A DNA stretch of 62,000 nucleotides from Octopus vulgaris (lineage: Eukaryota): assembly GCA_951406725.2 (NCBI GenBank), contig OX597825.1, positions 14,962,001 to 15,024,000 of the forward strand, in the 5' to 3' direction. Both the position numbers and the translations under genes were made by a program. The notes below the pieces were generated by a model, which was given only the letters and a program-made list of their open reading frames with translations, was not told where the DNA came from and searched no databases. Position 1 is the first letter of the stretch, and every line of letters begins with the position of its first letter. This document shows, in pieces, positions 25,742 through 39,690 of this stretch.

Positions 25742-25778
<37 letters not shown>

Positions 25779-27806
25779 GTAATGATTGTGAATGTGTGAC
25801 GTATTGTCAAAGAGAAATCGAACTAGCATTGCATATTTGGTTCGTCGTAATTTTAACACGCTCAGATGTCATTCTTACATATATTACACCATCTAAAGAG
25901 ATTTCGATGAAATATGAAAACAATTTGATTCCTCTAGTTCCTTCAGCACTTTGTATATCACTAAATAATTCTCTTTCCATTATTGATTAGGTGTTAATTT
26001 TGCTTATTTCAGAGTTCAGCATAGATTATTTCACTACACCTTCAATTCGTTTTTTTTTTTTTCAACCAACAACAACCCCAACAAGGAAAGACTCATGCCA
26101 CTGCATTATTCATATCCTATTTCGCCATTCTTATCACGCGTTCACACAATTTGCGTGTTATTTGAAATTAGCAGGCCTCTAAATGATGTCAGCTCTTATA
26201 ACTCTCAAAACATTTCACACATAACTAGTAATTCTCACACACACATCAAATACTTCCCCAGCCTTTCCAGCACTTCTGCTTCTATATTGATTGACTGAAA
26301 CGCTTATTGGTAAAGTGTCATAAAATGAGAATCACACTCTCTTCATTTCACTTTCTAAGGGAGTGCTTCCTTTATTCTAGCCTATCTTATCAATTCTGCT
26401 CGTACAAATTTTTCATCACTAAACTATTACAAGTATATTGTATCGCGTTACTTAAACCTCACCAGTGTATCTTACATTTTGGCAGTCACAATTTTCTTAC
26501 ATATTTACGGTTTATATATGGTTCTGTGTATCTGCTGCATTCCCTGAAATTCTAGCTCCAAAATGTCTTGGTCTTTTCTTCACATTCATAATAGACTTTA
26601 CAAAAAAGACTAGCTAATACCTGTATTTGCTTGAGAACGTATTCCAATTATTCCCTATAACTATCACGGGCACTAAACAGAACGTGATTAAAATGAACAT
26701 TTCTTTGTCGGGCGGACTAGATTTATTATCTTTGCTTGCAATAAATTACACTTTCCTACAAGCATTCAACAGCAATATTGTCTTGCTAAACCATAAAGAT
26801 GGCGGTAGATGTTTTGCAGCAAATCCTGCAGGTGCATTAAATTATTGGGCTTTTACTTCAACGTTCCGTTTCTGAAACCTATCAAGTAATCAAGGAACAT
26901 TACTTGTAGGCAAGTGCTGCGCTGTCCTAGGAAAAGGCAAAAAATAAAAAGGCACAGCAGCAAAGCACCGAATCTAACAACATTATCAGAGCTTAGAAGT
27001 GAATGAAAATAGATATGCATAAAAATCAAGTTTGCATATGAATCTATACACGAACTGCAGTATATACATGCACGTGAATGCACACATATATAGGCAATAC
27101 AAGGGAAAGTAGGACACATATATGCAGTCATATCTGTTTGAAATCTGTGTCTGTATACACGAGCGTATGTATGAGATATTCGTGTGTAGATATATGTTAT
27201 TACTTAGATGTATCTAGATTAAAGTTTACTGAAACTTACAAATAAATGAAACGTGTTATTCTTCTCAACTCTGCCTTTTGTTGGCAGGCAACATCTTATA
27301 ATATTTCTATGCAAAATATTATTTAATTCTCAAAGCAAACTATTCTTAATAGGAAATATGTTTGTTTCTACATTCTTTCAAAGTCATTTTGAAATACATA
27401 TTGCAATTTCCGTGTAGTGAAATATTCTAAAGATATGAATATAATTCTAGAATAGCTATGCAATATTTCTTTATATAAAAGGTTTAATTTCATTTCCTAC
27501 ACCCCCAAATGAATTTCTAAAATATTTCTCACCGATTTATTATTTAAGAGAGAAGAAAAAGGAACCTTTTTTTCAAAATCAGCAATAAATATATAATGTA
27601 TTTTTTTCATTCTACTTCTAACAAAAATTATTTTGAAAAATCGAAATTTTCGCATGGAAATATATATGAATGCATGTATTATATTATGTATGCAAATATA
27701 TTTAACTGTGTATATATTTGTGTACATATGCTTGTGTGTGTATTTGCGCGTGCGTGAAGCAGAGAGCATGTAGATGTTCAATACATGCATATATACAAAT
27801 ATAATG

Positions 27807-27848
<42 letters not shown>

Positions 27849-28600
27849 GTGTGTGTGTTTGTGTGTATGTATGTATATGTATGTATGTGTGTGTGTATGT
27901 TTGTATGTATATGTATGTGTGTATGTATGTATGTATGTATGTATATATGTATGTATGTATATATGTATGTATGTATAAATGTATATATGCATTTGCGTGT
28001 GTATGTGCTGTATGAAAGAAACATACAAACACGCTTTTGAATTTAATATGAACGGAAATATATATTTGTTTTGTCAAGAACAATGACCTTACATAAATAT
28101 AACTGTATACACATTTTCGTGATATTGTTTCTCTCTGAATAAGAGTATGTGTGTGTATTTGCGTGACTGTATGTGTGTTCGTGTGTGTGCATTTGTATAT
28201 TTGTGTGTGTGTATGTTCCAATTTTTATTTGCTTATACGTGTACGTACGTATGCTTGTGTGTGCATATTATCAGATGTGTGATTCTATTGGCAAATATTT
28301 GAAATTCAAAAGTAATTTAAGTGACAAACTCTTTCTATGAGAAACCAATAATGAGAAGCTCAATGATACGGCATGAAAAGCTATTGAGAGTTTTGCTGTA
28401 TATATTCTTATGTTCCTACAAGATTTTCAATCGTTTTCCTGGCGACCTGAGATACTTCCTCTTTCAGATGCTCTATGTGAATTTACAGCTCTTCACAAGC
28501 GCACGCGTACTTATGTATTACTCTTAATTCTTTTTCCCTTGTTTTTGTGCGTGTCTATATACAAATATATATATACATAATTCTTTATGTATTGATATAG

Positions 28601-28920
28601 TTAGGTAAGTAGGTAGGTAGGTAGGTAGATAGACAGACAGGTGGGCAGATAGATAGATACGTAGATAGACAGATATATATATATATATATATATATGTTG
28701 AGAGAGAGAGAGAGAGAGAGATAGATAGATGGATAGATAGGTAGGTAGGTAGATAGGTAGGTAGGTAGGTATATAGGTAGGTAGGTAGGTAGGTAGGTAG
28801 GTAGGTAGGTAGGTAGGTAGGTAGGTAGGTAGGTAGGCAGGTAGTGAGCTGGATAGACCGACAGACAGACAGATAGATAGATATATAGATAGACAGATAG
28901 ATAGCTTGATAGATAGATTA

Positions 28921-28956
<36 letters not shown>

Positions 28957-29020
28957 GTAATTATGTAGTTAGGTAGGTAGATAGATAGATATATAGATAT
29001 ATAGATAAATATATATATAT

Positions 29021-29110
<90 letters not shown>
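28601..29110. repeat. (GGTA)n/(GATA)n tetranucleotide array
   Basis: Read directly. Confidence 0.95.
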
Positions 29111-29111
<1 letters not shown>

Positions 29112-29633
29112 TGCGCATAAGTAAACATACATAGAGATAAAGAGATAAGTAGAGAGATTTACATTCATATACATTCATAACAATCATATACATATATGAA
29201 TTTATTTGACCATCCAAACTGTGGATAGAAATACATGAGCACTAAGTATCGCGCTCGCTGAATTACTTAATTCTTCCATTCCTTTGTAAAATATTTTATA
29301 CGCATCCATAAATCATCTCTTTTATTTCCAATACCCATATTATTTATCTGTTTTGTATACAGTAAGATATTTTCCGTCTCGTTTTCTTGCCTGTTTCTAT
29401 ATGTTAATACATAGCTTTCTTTGTTACTATTACATAGCTACAACTCACCCCACTCACTCAAGTTATATACGAGCAGGTTATCTCTCATTCTTTACATACG
29501 AGTTTCCAGTTCGCCTGGACGCTATCTTCTACTTAACTATACATTTCCGTACAAGCTACTAGTCCTAGGTTTCTCACACTTCAGTTTATATATTCTTTTG
29601 TAGATAACAGTGTTTCTGCGTTCTTTCTATATT

Positions 29634-29690
<57 letters not shown>

Positions 29691-29711
29691 TACACACACA
29701 CACATAAATAA

Positions 29712-29875
29712 TAGGTGTGGATGTCTGGTAAGGACCTTCGTTCTGAGCTACAAGCGCTCGGGTTCCATTTCACTCAGTGGCATCTTGGTCAAGAGTTTTC
29801 TATTATTGCCTCGGGCTGACCAAAACCTTGTGAATGGAATTGGTAGAGGAAAACAAAAAGGCCATCGTATATATG
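29712..29875 (+). mobile_element. Degenerate SINE family A head
   Basis: GGGTTCCATTTCACTCAGTGGCATCTTGGTCAAG ... CCTTGTGAATGGAATTGGTAGAGG. Confidence 0.7.
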
Positions 29876-29960
29876 GTGAGAATTTGCCAAAGACAAAGGA
29901 ATACGTTTCTCGACAGCACATGCTATATAGGAGTGTTTGTATATATACATACATACACAC

Positions 29961-30024
<64 letters not shown>

Positions 30025-30108
30025 CATCCCACAAAAAAAGCTCTTCCTTGTAATTTGTCCCATCTGTGTGCAGCCCTGTGTGGCCAATAAAGAAACATAT
30101 ATATATAC

Positions 30109-30297
30109 GGAGAATTCACAAAAAAAAACAAAAGACGAAGACAGGTGGTGTAAACAACACACATATGTATTAGTATAACACTAGGAAAGTGAAAAAGTCT
30201 TTAACGTTTCGAGCCTACGCTCTTCCACAGAAAAGAACACAGAAAGAAACAAGGAGAGAAAAAAATGTGTGTAGTGGCTAACGATCTATCATGGCGA

Positions 30298-30300
<3 letters not shown>
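30109..30300 (-). mobile_element. PLE-terminus-like repeat (copy 2)
   Basis: Homologous to 16292-16470. Confidence 0.7.
30199..30235 (-). ncRNA. Minimal hammerhead-like motif (A6U variant), copy 2
   Basis: Minus strand: TTTT CTGTGGA A GAGC-GTAG-GCTC GAAAC GTT AAAG. Within the core and stems II-III it differs from copy 1 only at position N7. Confidence 0.45.
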
Positions 30301-30355
<55 letters not shown>

Positions 30356-30364
30356 TAGATAGAT

Positions 30365-30424
<60 letters not shown>

Positions 30425-30564
30425 ATATATGTATTTATGCAGGTATGTGTGTGTGTATGTATGTATATATATATATATATATATATGATATAACTTTCAT
30501 AGTTTTCATTGTAATTGTACTTGTCTTTGTAATATTCATTTCTTCTGTATATATGATTCATCTT

Positions 30565-30783
30565 ACGGCGATGAGCTGATAGAATCTTTAGCCTGATATG
30601 CATAATGCTTAGCAGCATTTCGTCCTTCCTTACGTTCTGAGCTGAAATTCCTTCAGGGTCGACATTGTCTTTCATCCTTTTGAGATCGATAAAATAAGAA
30701 CTAATTGACCACTGGTTTCGCTGCAATCGGCTTACACCCTCCCCTGAACACGCTGGCCTTATGCCAAACTTTAAAACCATTAT
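30565..30783 (+). mobile_element. Degenerate B' SINE
   Basis: TTACGTTCTGAGCTGAAATTCC, TTTCATCCTTTTGAGATCGATAAAATAAG, tail GCTGGCCTTATGCCAAACTTTAAAACCATTAT. Confidence 0.78.
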
Positions 30784-31491
30784 CAAAGATTCATCTCATT
30801 ACTTTCATGTTCTTTCTAAGTTCTTAACTACCATTTCAGCGTCACCCTATTGAGCATACAGGGACACAAACAAGAAAATGAAGTAGGCTAGCCCAATACG
30901 TAAATATAGAGGGAGAAGTCTAGACGTCAGACACAGTAGAGAGTAGCAGTCAACGTAGAGTAGAAGGCATCCGAACTTGCGACATAAGTGTTAGAGTAAT
31001 CTTTTACGTCTGTACAGAGAATGGGTAGAATTTGAAATTGTCTGGAAGCCTCGGTTTATGAGAATAAATTCGAAAAACATATTTTTCATTTGATTTTCTG
31101 AACAGTATGGATCTAGAAATCCACTATCTTCTTCAACGATAAGAAAGCTCATTTGAACAAGTCTTCAAAACAATAAATATATAACTGTGTGGGGGCTTTT
31201 GTGTCCGTTTTGCTTGTTTGCTACGGGTATATATGTGTGTGCATGCGCCTATGTGTGGATGTACATGTGTGTGTACATGTGTGCGTACCTGTGTGTGTGT
31301 GTCTATGTGTACAAGTTTGTCTGTGAGTTTGTGTAAGTGTGTGTGTGTGTGTGTGTTTCTGTTACTGTGTAAGAAACTAACTAGTTATTCTCAAAATTTA
31401 ATATTGCCCAATGTTGTCATCTTGAATCAACAGCGCTATCGATTTTTCAAATCTGTAAATATAGATTTCAACACAATGCAAGCTCACTCCG

Positions 31492-31860
31492 TTTTCTTTC
31501 TTCTTCTTCCTCTTCTTCTTCTTCATCTTCTTCTTCTTCTTCTTCTTCTTCTTCTTCTTCTTCATCTTCTTCTTTTTCTTCTTCTTCTTCTTCTTCTTCT
31601 TCTTCTTCTTTTTCTTCTTCTTCTTCTTCTCCTCCTCCTCCTCCTCCTTCTTCTTCTTTTCCACTTCCTCTTCTTCTTCTTCTTCTTCTTCGTCTCCTCC
31701 TCCTCCTTCTTCTTTTTCTTCTTCTCCTTGTTCTTCCTCTGGTCTAGTCTTTTTCTTTTTTCTTCCTTTATTTCCTCTTTCTTCTTCTGTTTTTTCTTCC
31801 TCTTCTTCTCTAAATGTATCTCCTTCACTATTCTTGTCTCCTTAATAGTCTCCTTCTTAG
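31492..31860. repeat. (TTC)n/(TCC)n polypyrimidine tract
   Basis: Read directly. Confidence 0.93.
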
Positions 31861-31963
31861 ACTTTTCACTAGGTTTCGAAAACAATTATTTACCACATCC
31901 CACATATATTCCATATTTTGATACACATTATTATCATTAAAATGGAGGTAAATATTATTTTCA

Positions 31964-32055
<92 letters not shown>

Positions 32056-33442
32056 TATATATGCATGTATATGTGTATATATACACGTATGCATGTGTAC
32101 ATATATTCATATATATATATATATAATATTGTTTTGCTTTCATCAATAACCGTATGCGAGCAACTATGTGTGTTTGCATATTCATATAAACTGTGGGAGT
32201 AAGTGGCTCTCAGATTTGCAGTACATGTTATTCAACATAAACTTCACAAATATGAACATTCATTTTATTGAGAAAAATCTTTATGTAAGCAGCGGATATG
32301 GTAAGAATTATACGCACAGGTTATCTAATTCATATTCTCATCTGTTGATGATTGGTATCCATTAAATGCAATGCCAATATTTGTACCTTAAACTCAAGAA
32401 TATGATTACTAAAACATTGAGCTTGTGTATGACTATAAAGTCAGATCATTGAAAATCCTTATTACATTGAGCTTGATGCAAATGACCTTCAACACTAGTT
32501 TGGCAAAATCCATTGAGAACTAAATAAAACATCTTCAGATTAACAATATATGTTAGCGACAGAGGCGGCATTAATACACTGAGTTAATATTTATCCACAC
32601 TTCTACGTGTATGTTCTGTGAGAACTAACTACACTGCGATAGATATGAGAATTTCTCTCCTGATGTCCACCGCAGTATAGTGTGTTCTGACAGGATATTC
32701 GGGTATAGTTGGGGATAACTATTCCCTCTGAAATGAGAAAATCCGTCGGCTTCTAAATGTTCGGTTCTTATTGACTTCAGAACTGATACAACATTTCGCA
32801 TTGAAGTATCTGGCTTATGTTGATTTTATTACCATCCATATTTGTGACTCTGTAAGCTTAAGTAAGAAATTAATATAAATTATAACGATGATTATACCGC
32901 AATCAACAAACATCGAAATAGTACCGGTCATGTGAACGCATTCACTTTCAGCAGTGCTGCTATCAGAAAACGAGACTGCAGTTTACACGAAAAGTTTACA
33001 CGATTGATCGGCGTAAATTCCCCCATGGCCCACAGTCATAAATCATATTGTCTCTTGTTTCTGCTCTTCCTACAGTTACGATAAGAGACGAATTTTCAGA
33101 AAGAGCTAGACTTATACCTCGTCTACTAGAGTTTTTTCCGCTCATTTCGTCTTTCCTCGTATCACTCTTCATATGTTCGATTTGCCACGTTACTTATTAA
33201 ACATTACAGGTAGTTTTTTCTCCCTATGTCGGTTATTTATAATATTGACACAACCCATGTCTATTTCGCATGGGTTCACTTACTACTGATATACTTCTAA
33301 TGGTGGTACTCCAGTATGTACGTAGCTCTCGAGCAGAAACAAGTAAAAGAATAATAGATTAGCGATTACATGAATCTCACTGCTCTACGAAGGCTTGCGA
33401 AGGTTAGTAGCACAACACCTTTTCTAACTGTCCAATAATTTA

Positions 33443-33632
33443 GACCTGGAGATCTCCATTTCCAGCGACTGCGACGGCCACCTCCCAGTGGTATCGGGCG
33501 TCAACGAAGAGACCTCGACTACAACAAGACGACCAAATTTTTTTTTCCAAGGTCTGGGATCCCCCGCTCCTAAGCCCTAGACCATCACCTAATCACCCTT
33601 ACCCATCTTGTTGCTTAACAACAACAGCAACA
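33443..33632 (+). mobile_element. Unclassified GC-rich repeat family E with (AAC)n tail, copy 1
   Basis: Homologous to the reverse complement of 54268-54452 (GACCTGGAGATCTCCATTTCCAGCGAC, CTCGACTACAACAAGACGACCAAA). Confidence 0.75.
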
Positions 33633-34299
33633 CCTTTTACATACCCGGAAACTAAAATCATAATAAAATAGTAACCGAATCAGCTGTTTCGTGTGAAGTT
33701 TCAACTCTGATACTGCGTAAAACTGTTGCGTAATATTGCCCAGCCACTGTAATGCTCTTATCACAAGTTAGACTCCAGCAGAATGGCAAGAGTTACCATT
33801 ATCTAACAGTTGAAAGCATTTCAAGATAGTAACAAAAATTGTATATGAGAATTAAAATTCAGAAGCGTTCTAAAAGAATTGATAAAGCAACAAAGTTGTC
33901 AAAATATCTGGAGTCTGAATGCAATTATCAAAATCTAAAATGTGTAATAACATTATAAATTTAATATTCCCAAATTAGAAATTGAAATGATTTGAAATAA
34001 AAAAAAAATAGTTTGTGATATAACTGTCACCGTGGAAGTCAAATTGATTTTGTGTCTAAAAGGTGTGTGGGGGAGAAATTAAGCTAGTTTATTGTTGAAG
34101 AACATCCCAAGATATTTGCCAAATTTAATTGAATTCATTGGTCACTAGAAATAATTAATTCTGTTTATTAGTTAATACATCATCGTTATTGTCAGTGGCA
34201 ACAGCATTATCAACTTTCTTGCCCTTATCCTCATCTTCATTATCATCAAAATAATCATCATCATTTGAATGTACTAATATTACGATGATTCGTATTCAT

Positions 34300-34776
<477 letters not shown>

Positions 34777-35235
34777 ATGAAAACCCACAGCTTATTTTGT
34801 GGGGTGTGATGGAAAATATCAGCTGTCCACAGCCAGCAGACTAAGGTGATGCTTGTTTACTGGTCATGCTTGAAGAACCTTGCAAAGAATTCTTGCGGTT
34901 CAAAGCAATGCTGATTTTTGTAGTTGCTCCACCTTCACACTTGCACAGACTTTTTCAGCCATGTGGTACATAAGTGTTGATACTTGCAAGTTTCACCAAT
35001 TACTATTAGTATCAAGTCTACTCTATTCATTGACTGCAGCCTTCGTATTTCCCACTTCGAATCATCATAGTTGATTCATTTTTCTTCTTTCACATTTATC
35101 ATTTTGTCACCGGGGCATGCAATATCGATTATCATAAATGTTCTGTCTTTTTTTATTCACGACAACAATATTATGATATTGTTGGTGCAGTGTCAGGTAT
35201 ATGAGACCTGATCTGCTGCAAATTTCCTATATGTT
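34777..35235 (-). mobile_element. 5'-truncated RLE-type LINE (R4/Dong/HERO-like) 3' end with (TAA)n tail
   Basis: Minus-strand frames give NIVVVNKK, FMIIDIACPGDKMINVKEEK*INYDDSKWEIRRL...LIVIG and VEQLQKSALL*TARILCKVLQA*, then a short UTR and (TAA)n. Confidence 0.85.
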
Positions 35236-35292
35236 TGTAAAATATTATCTTCGGTAGATGAATGCCTTGACATTTAAAATATAAGCACATAT

Positions 35293-35378
<86 letters not shown>

Positions 35379-35402
35379 CTGCTTCTGCTGCTACTACTAC
35401 TG

Positions 35403-35437
<35 letters not shown>

Positions 35438-35480
35438 GCTGCTGCTGCTACTGCTGCTGCCATTACTGCCACTACTACTA

Positions 35481-35512
<32 letters not shown>

Positions 35513-35728
35513 ACTGCTGCTGCTGAGGATGATGATGATGATGATGATACTGCTGCTGCCATTACTGCTGCTGCTGCTAATACTAGTGCTACTACTGCTA
35601 CTAGTACAAATACGACTACCCCTATTGCTACTACTACTATTGCCACGATAGTTGAAACTACTACTATTACTACCTCTACCACTGCCCCTGCTACTGCTGC
35701 CGCAGCTGCACTACTACTACTACTGCTG

Positions 35729-35760
<32 letters not shown>

Positions 35761-35767
35761 GCTGTTG

Positions 35768-35803
<36 letters not shown>

Positions 35804-35910
35804 AAATCACTACTACAATTAATATTATTACGCGTACTACAACAACTTCTGCTATTACTGCTACTACTCTTATTACCACGACTATTACTACTAATACTAC
35901 TGCTACTACA
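35293..35910. repeat. Compound (CTA/CTG/TAG)n low-complexity tract
   Basis: Read directly. Confidence 0.92.
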
Positions 35911-36658
35911 AGTATTGCCAACAATAATTCTATCACATTCTGAAAAGCATATTATTTCACCATATCTCATCAACGATAACATTAGTCCATTACAATGGCC
36001 GAGAGACAATTGGCAAAAAAATAAACATGATAAATCATCTCCCGAAAATATTTCTCTTTTCTCTTAATCTTCCAAGAATATAAACAACACCTAAATCCGC
36101 TTAAATAATAATATTTTTTTTAGATATTTTAGTTTAATTCTGCAATACGTTGCGTGGCGTGCGATTAGTTTCAGCTATAAATGATTATAGGACTTCGACA
36201 AAATAAAATTGGTTCGAATGTTGTTCATCGCCATTTGAATTCTAACCACTTTTAAGGATTTATTGTGCTGATAAAAAAAAAAAGAACTTTATGCGACCTA
36301 GGTGCGATATTGATAGGGAAGTATTTATACAGTTATGTCAATTGAAATAAAGAACTTACTAGTCAAGAGCAGTTTAATTGTTAAAAAAGTCGTTGCATCT
36401 ATATACACAAATAAATAGGTATACAACTGCACACACACATACACACACACACAAACACACACAGAATGTTGTGTAGAGAGGATAAGTATAGTTATTATAT
36501 CATCTAAAATCTTAGAATTAAGTTGGGAAAAGTTCTTGACAGTTTATATAAGGTTGTGTTTATATAAGATTTGAAGTGCGGGTATAGGTTGGTTAGTATG
36601 TTTGAAAACCAATTTGAAGTTGCAGAAATTATAAAAGGAAAGTGGTATGTGTATGCGT

Positions 36659-36665
<7 letters not shown>

Positions 36666-36752
<87 letters not shown>
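36666..36752. repeat. (GT)n microsatellite
   Basis: Read directly. Confidence 0.96.
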
Positions 36753-36753
<1 letters not shown>

Positions 36754-37055
36754 GACTTATCTTGATTCTATTCAAGGTCTGCAATCAATAGATTTAGAAG
36801 AAGCTATGAGAGGAAACTAATTATTGCAAATAACCTTTGTGCTAGTTTGGAAAAAATGCCTTAATCTTATTCTTAGGACGAGATTCAAATTCAGGGAATG
36901 CATCATTATTCTAGTTCAGATGTCAAATTTTTACAAACTGAGGTTAGATAACGTTGGTTATTGGCCAAGTATTTATAAACATACATTTGTTTGCATATAT
37001 CAACTTACACTAGTATTTTCCCATATATTTGTGCATCAGTATGTATGTTTGTGTG

Positions 37056-37139
<84 letters not shown>

Positions 37140-37146
37140 GAGATAT

Positions 37147-37526
37147 ACTTTTATTTCTATTTGTTTCAGTCAATTGGTTGCGGCTATGCTTGACCAACGT
37201 CTTTACTCCAACAAATCGCCCCCAGTACTTATTCTATCTGTCTCTTTTACTGAAATACTAGGTTACGGTGACGTAAACACACTAGCATCGGTTGCTAAGC
37301 AATTGAGGGGAGACGAATATGTATGCAAAAACATATACATACGTACACACACATACACACACACGATGGGCTTCTTTTGATTTCTGTCTACCAAATCAAC
37401 TGAGAGGCCTTTGGTCAGACCGAAGCTATAGTAGAAAACATCCGTACGTCGTGCCTCGCCGTGGGGCTGAACACGGAGCCTTGTGGTTGGGAAGCAAGCT
37501 TCTCATCACACAGCCACGACTGCGCC
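37147..37526 (-). mobile_element. Old SINE family A, full length
   Basis: Colinear with young copies from TTGTTTCAGTCA to CACACAGCCACGACTGCGCCT. Confidence 0.82.
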
Positions 37527-37579
37527 TATATATATATATATATATATATATATAAGCACATACATACATATATATATGC

Positions 37580-37643
<64 letters not shown>

Positions 37644-38948
37644 GCATATGTTTGCATGTAGTTACGTACGTATTTATGTATGTATGTATGTATGTATAAA
37701 TGAGTTGAGAAAAATAATTTGAAGTAGACAGTTCCAGCAATTTGAACTACAAAGACGTATAAGTGTACAGGAAGTACATACTTTATCAAAATTATTTCTG
37801 TATCTGGGACGGTTAATCAAATTATATTGCGCCAGTCACTATCAATACTTATGCAACCACAGTCATGAAACTCAAACATATATTGATGGCACAACAAGAA
37901 GGCAATATTTTGTGAAATGTTCGGAATTGGTGTAATTGTTTTCTCGACATCTGGTACTGTATTTAGTAGTGATAAAGAATTCGGAAAAATGTTTCTGGTA
38001 TGGAATACATTTTTGATTCACTTTAAACATGGAGACATTTACTGCCACGTATTTTTGGATATTATTATTTGAGGGGGAAAATGACTGGGAGATAGCAGAA
38101 ATCTTAAAAATCAGAAGTGAATGATGGAAAAAGATATGAAACTGAAGCACAGCCGTGGCTCTAAAACATATATTCTCTGAGGTATATTCTAAAATTGAAA
38201 CTGTTTGGAAATTCTTTCTGCTTAGAGTTATCAGTTACGTTCTGTCAGTATATCCTCAGAAATGAAGACGCTCTGTTAAATAAAAATCCCAGTTCTGCTC
38301 ATCAAAATTTACAGAATATATTCAAAACTAGTGAATTGATATATTCTATTATCTTACTACATTAATGTACCAATGCATGAATAAACTTTCCGTATTTTCT
38401 TGGCTACTGTATAAGAATATGTATAAAATAGATTTCGTTATGGAAATGAATTATGAAATAGGAAGATAGGAAAATCGTAGAAAGAAATGACAGAAAAAGA
38501 ACGGTTCTGGAAGAATATGTTTATACGTTTGTGCGTGTGTATATGTGTATGAAAACGTGTGAGTGTCCTCGCGATTAAGTGACTGGTTGCCGCATGGAAC
38601 ACGTAAAAAACAAAATGTCCGAGTCTAGGGAATGTTTTAACTTTTTCGCAAATTTTAATATTATCGTGTCACTATAAAAATGCAAACTATTTGTCTCAAC
38701 TACATATTTGCGTACGCACATACGTACATACAGACATTCATACATACATACATACATAAATGCATGTATGCATACATACATACATTCATTATTAAATTTC
38801 CAGTAAAGAAACTTTGGAAAGTAACAGCTGTATTGTGAATGAGAAGCTTGGTCTGCAACATCGACGGGCAGGTATTTTTGTATCACGAGGTGGGTTCATT
38901 AGACACCATCTGAGTCACAAGTGTAAACTATATATTTCACTAAGAGCA

Positions 38949-39003
38949 CACTGTGCTCTTAACGGACAGTGGTGGTCTTCTTCGCTCACCATTGACAGCT
39001 ACC

Positions 39004-39045
<42 letters not shown>

Positions 39046-39095
39046 TAGCTGTCAATGGTGAGCGAAGAAGACCACCACTGTCCGTTAAGAGCACA

Positions 39096-39098
<3 letters not shown>
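38949..39098. repeat. 150-bp palindrome: perfect 55-bp arms around a (TA)n centre
   Basis: 38949-39003 is the exact reverse complement of 39044-39098. Confidence 0.95.
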
Positions 39099-39160
<62 letters not shown>

Positions 39161-39162
<2 letters not shown>

Positions 39163-39308
39163 CACCAAGGTCGCTTACAACCTTTGGTCGGCCCAAGGTT
39201 ACAGTGAAAAACACTTGCCCGCGCATCTCTGCACTGGAACTGAACAAAGAATCAATATGTGGTTTGGAGGGAATCAACCTTCTGTCTGCACAGCTACAAC
39301 TGAGCCTC
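39161..39308 (-). mobile_element. Degenerate SINE family A head
   Basis: CTTTGGTCGGCCCAAGG, AAACACTTGCCC, GCACAGCTACAACTGAGCCT. Confidence 0.65.
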
Positions 39309-39452
39309 CCTATGAGTGTGTGTGTGTGTGTGTTTTATATACTTATATACCTCTGTACCGGAGTAAGCAGATGAATGTGAAACAAAGTGGAAAAAAGAGT
39401 ACTCAAATACCAGAGGTAGAGTAATATCGTTTATCGAAAAGCAGCAGAAATA

Positions 39453-39506
39453 TAACAAAAGCTGTCACTCAGAGTTTCACGTTCCCGTCGTCGGACAGTT
39501 TTGTTA
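39453..39506 (-). ncRNA. Type-I hammerhead-like fold (U4C variant)
   Basis: Minus strand: TAACAAAACTGT CCGACGA CG-GGAA-CG T GAAACTC T GAGT G ACAG(C)TTTTGTTA. Stem I 12 bp with one bulge. Confidence 0.55.
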
Positions 39507-39635
39507 ATAACATGAACACCCTCCCTGTACATAACTCCATGTCCCCCTACATGGCCTTGCTTTTTGCTTTTTGAGCAAAAAAATAACTTAACTTAACTTA
39601 ACTTAATAATTACGAAACATCCATTTTATCTATTT

Positions 39636-39690
39636 TAACAAAACTGTCCGACGGACGAGAACGTGAAACTCTGATTAACAGCATTTGTTA
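39636..39690 (+). ncRNA. Type-I hammerhead-like fold (U4C variant), copy 2
   Basis: TAACAAAACTGT CCGACG(G)A CG-AGAA-CG T GAAACTC T GATT A ACAG(C)ATTTGTTA. Confidence 0.5.

Noticed and set aside
26626-26645. Partial resemblance to miR-137 (TTGCTTGAGAA)
   Set aside because: The seed and 3' end mismatch, and there is no precursor hairpin.
31218-31940. Poly-Lys/Arg and poly-Leu/Phe ORFs
   Set aside because: They derive from the (TTC)n tract.
33075-33210. Strong + strand acceptor (TCTGCTCTTCCTACAG) with frame TIRDEFSERARLIPRLLEFF
   Set aside because: There is an in-frame stop before the next donor and no recognised protein.
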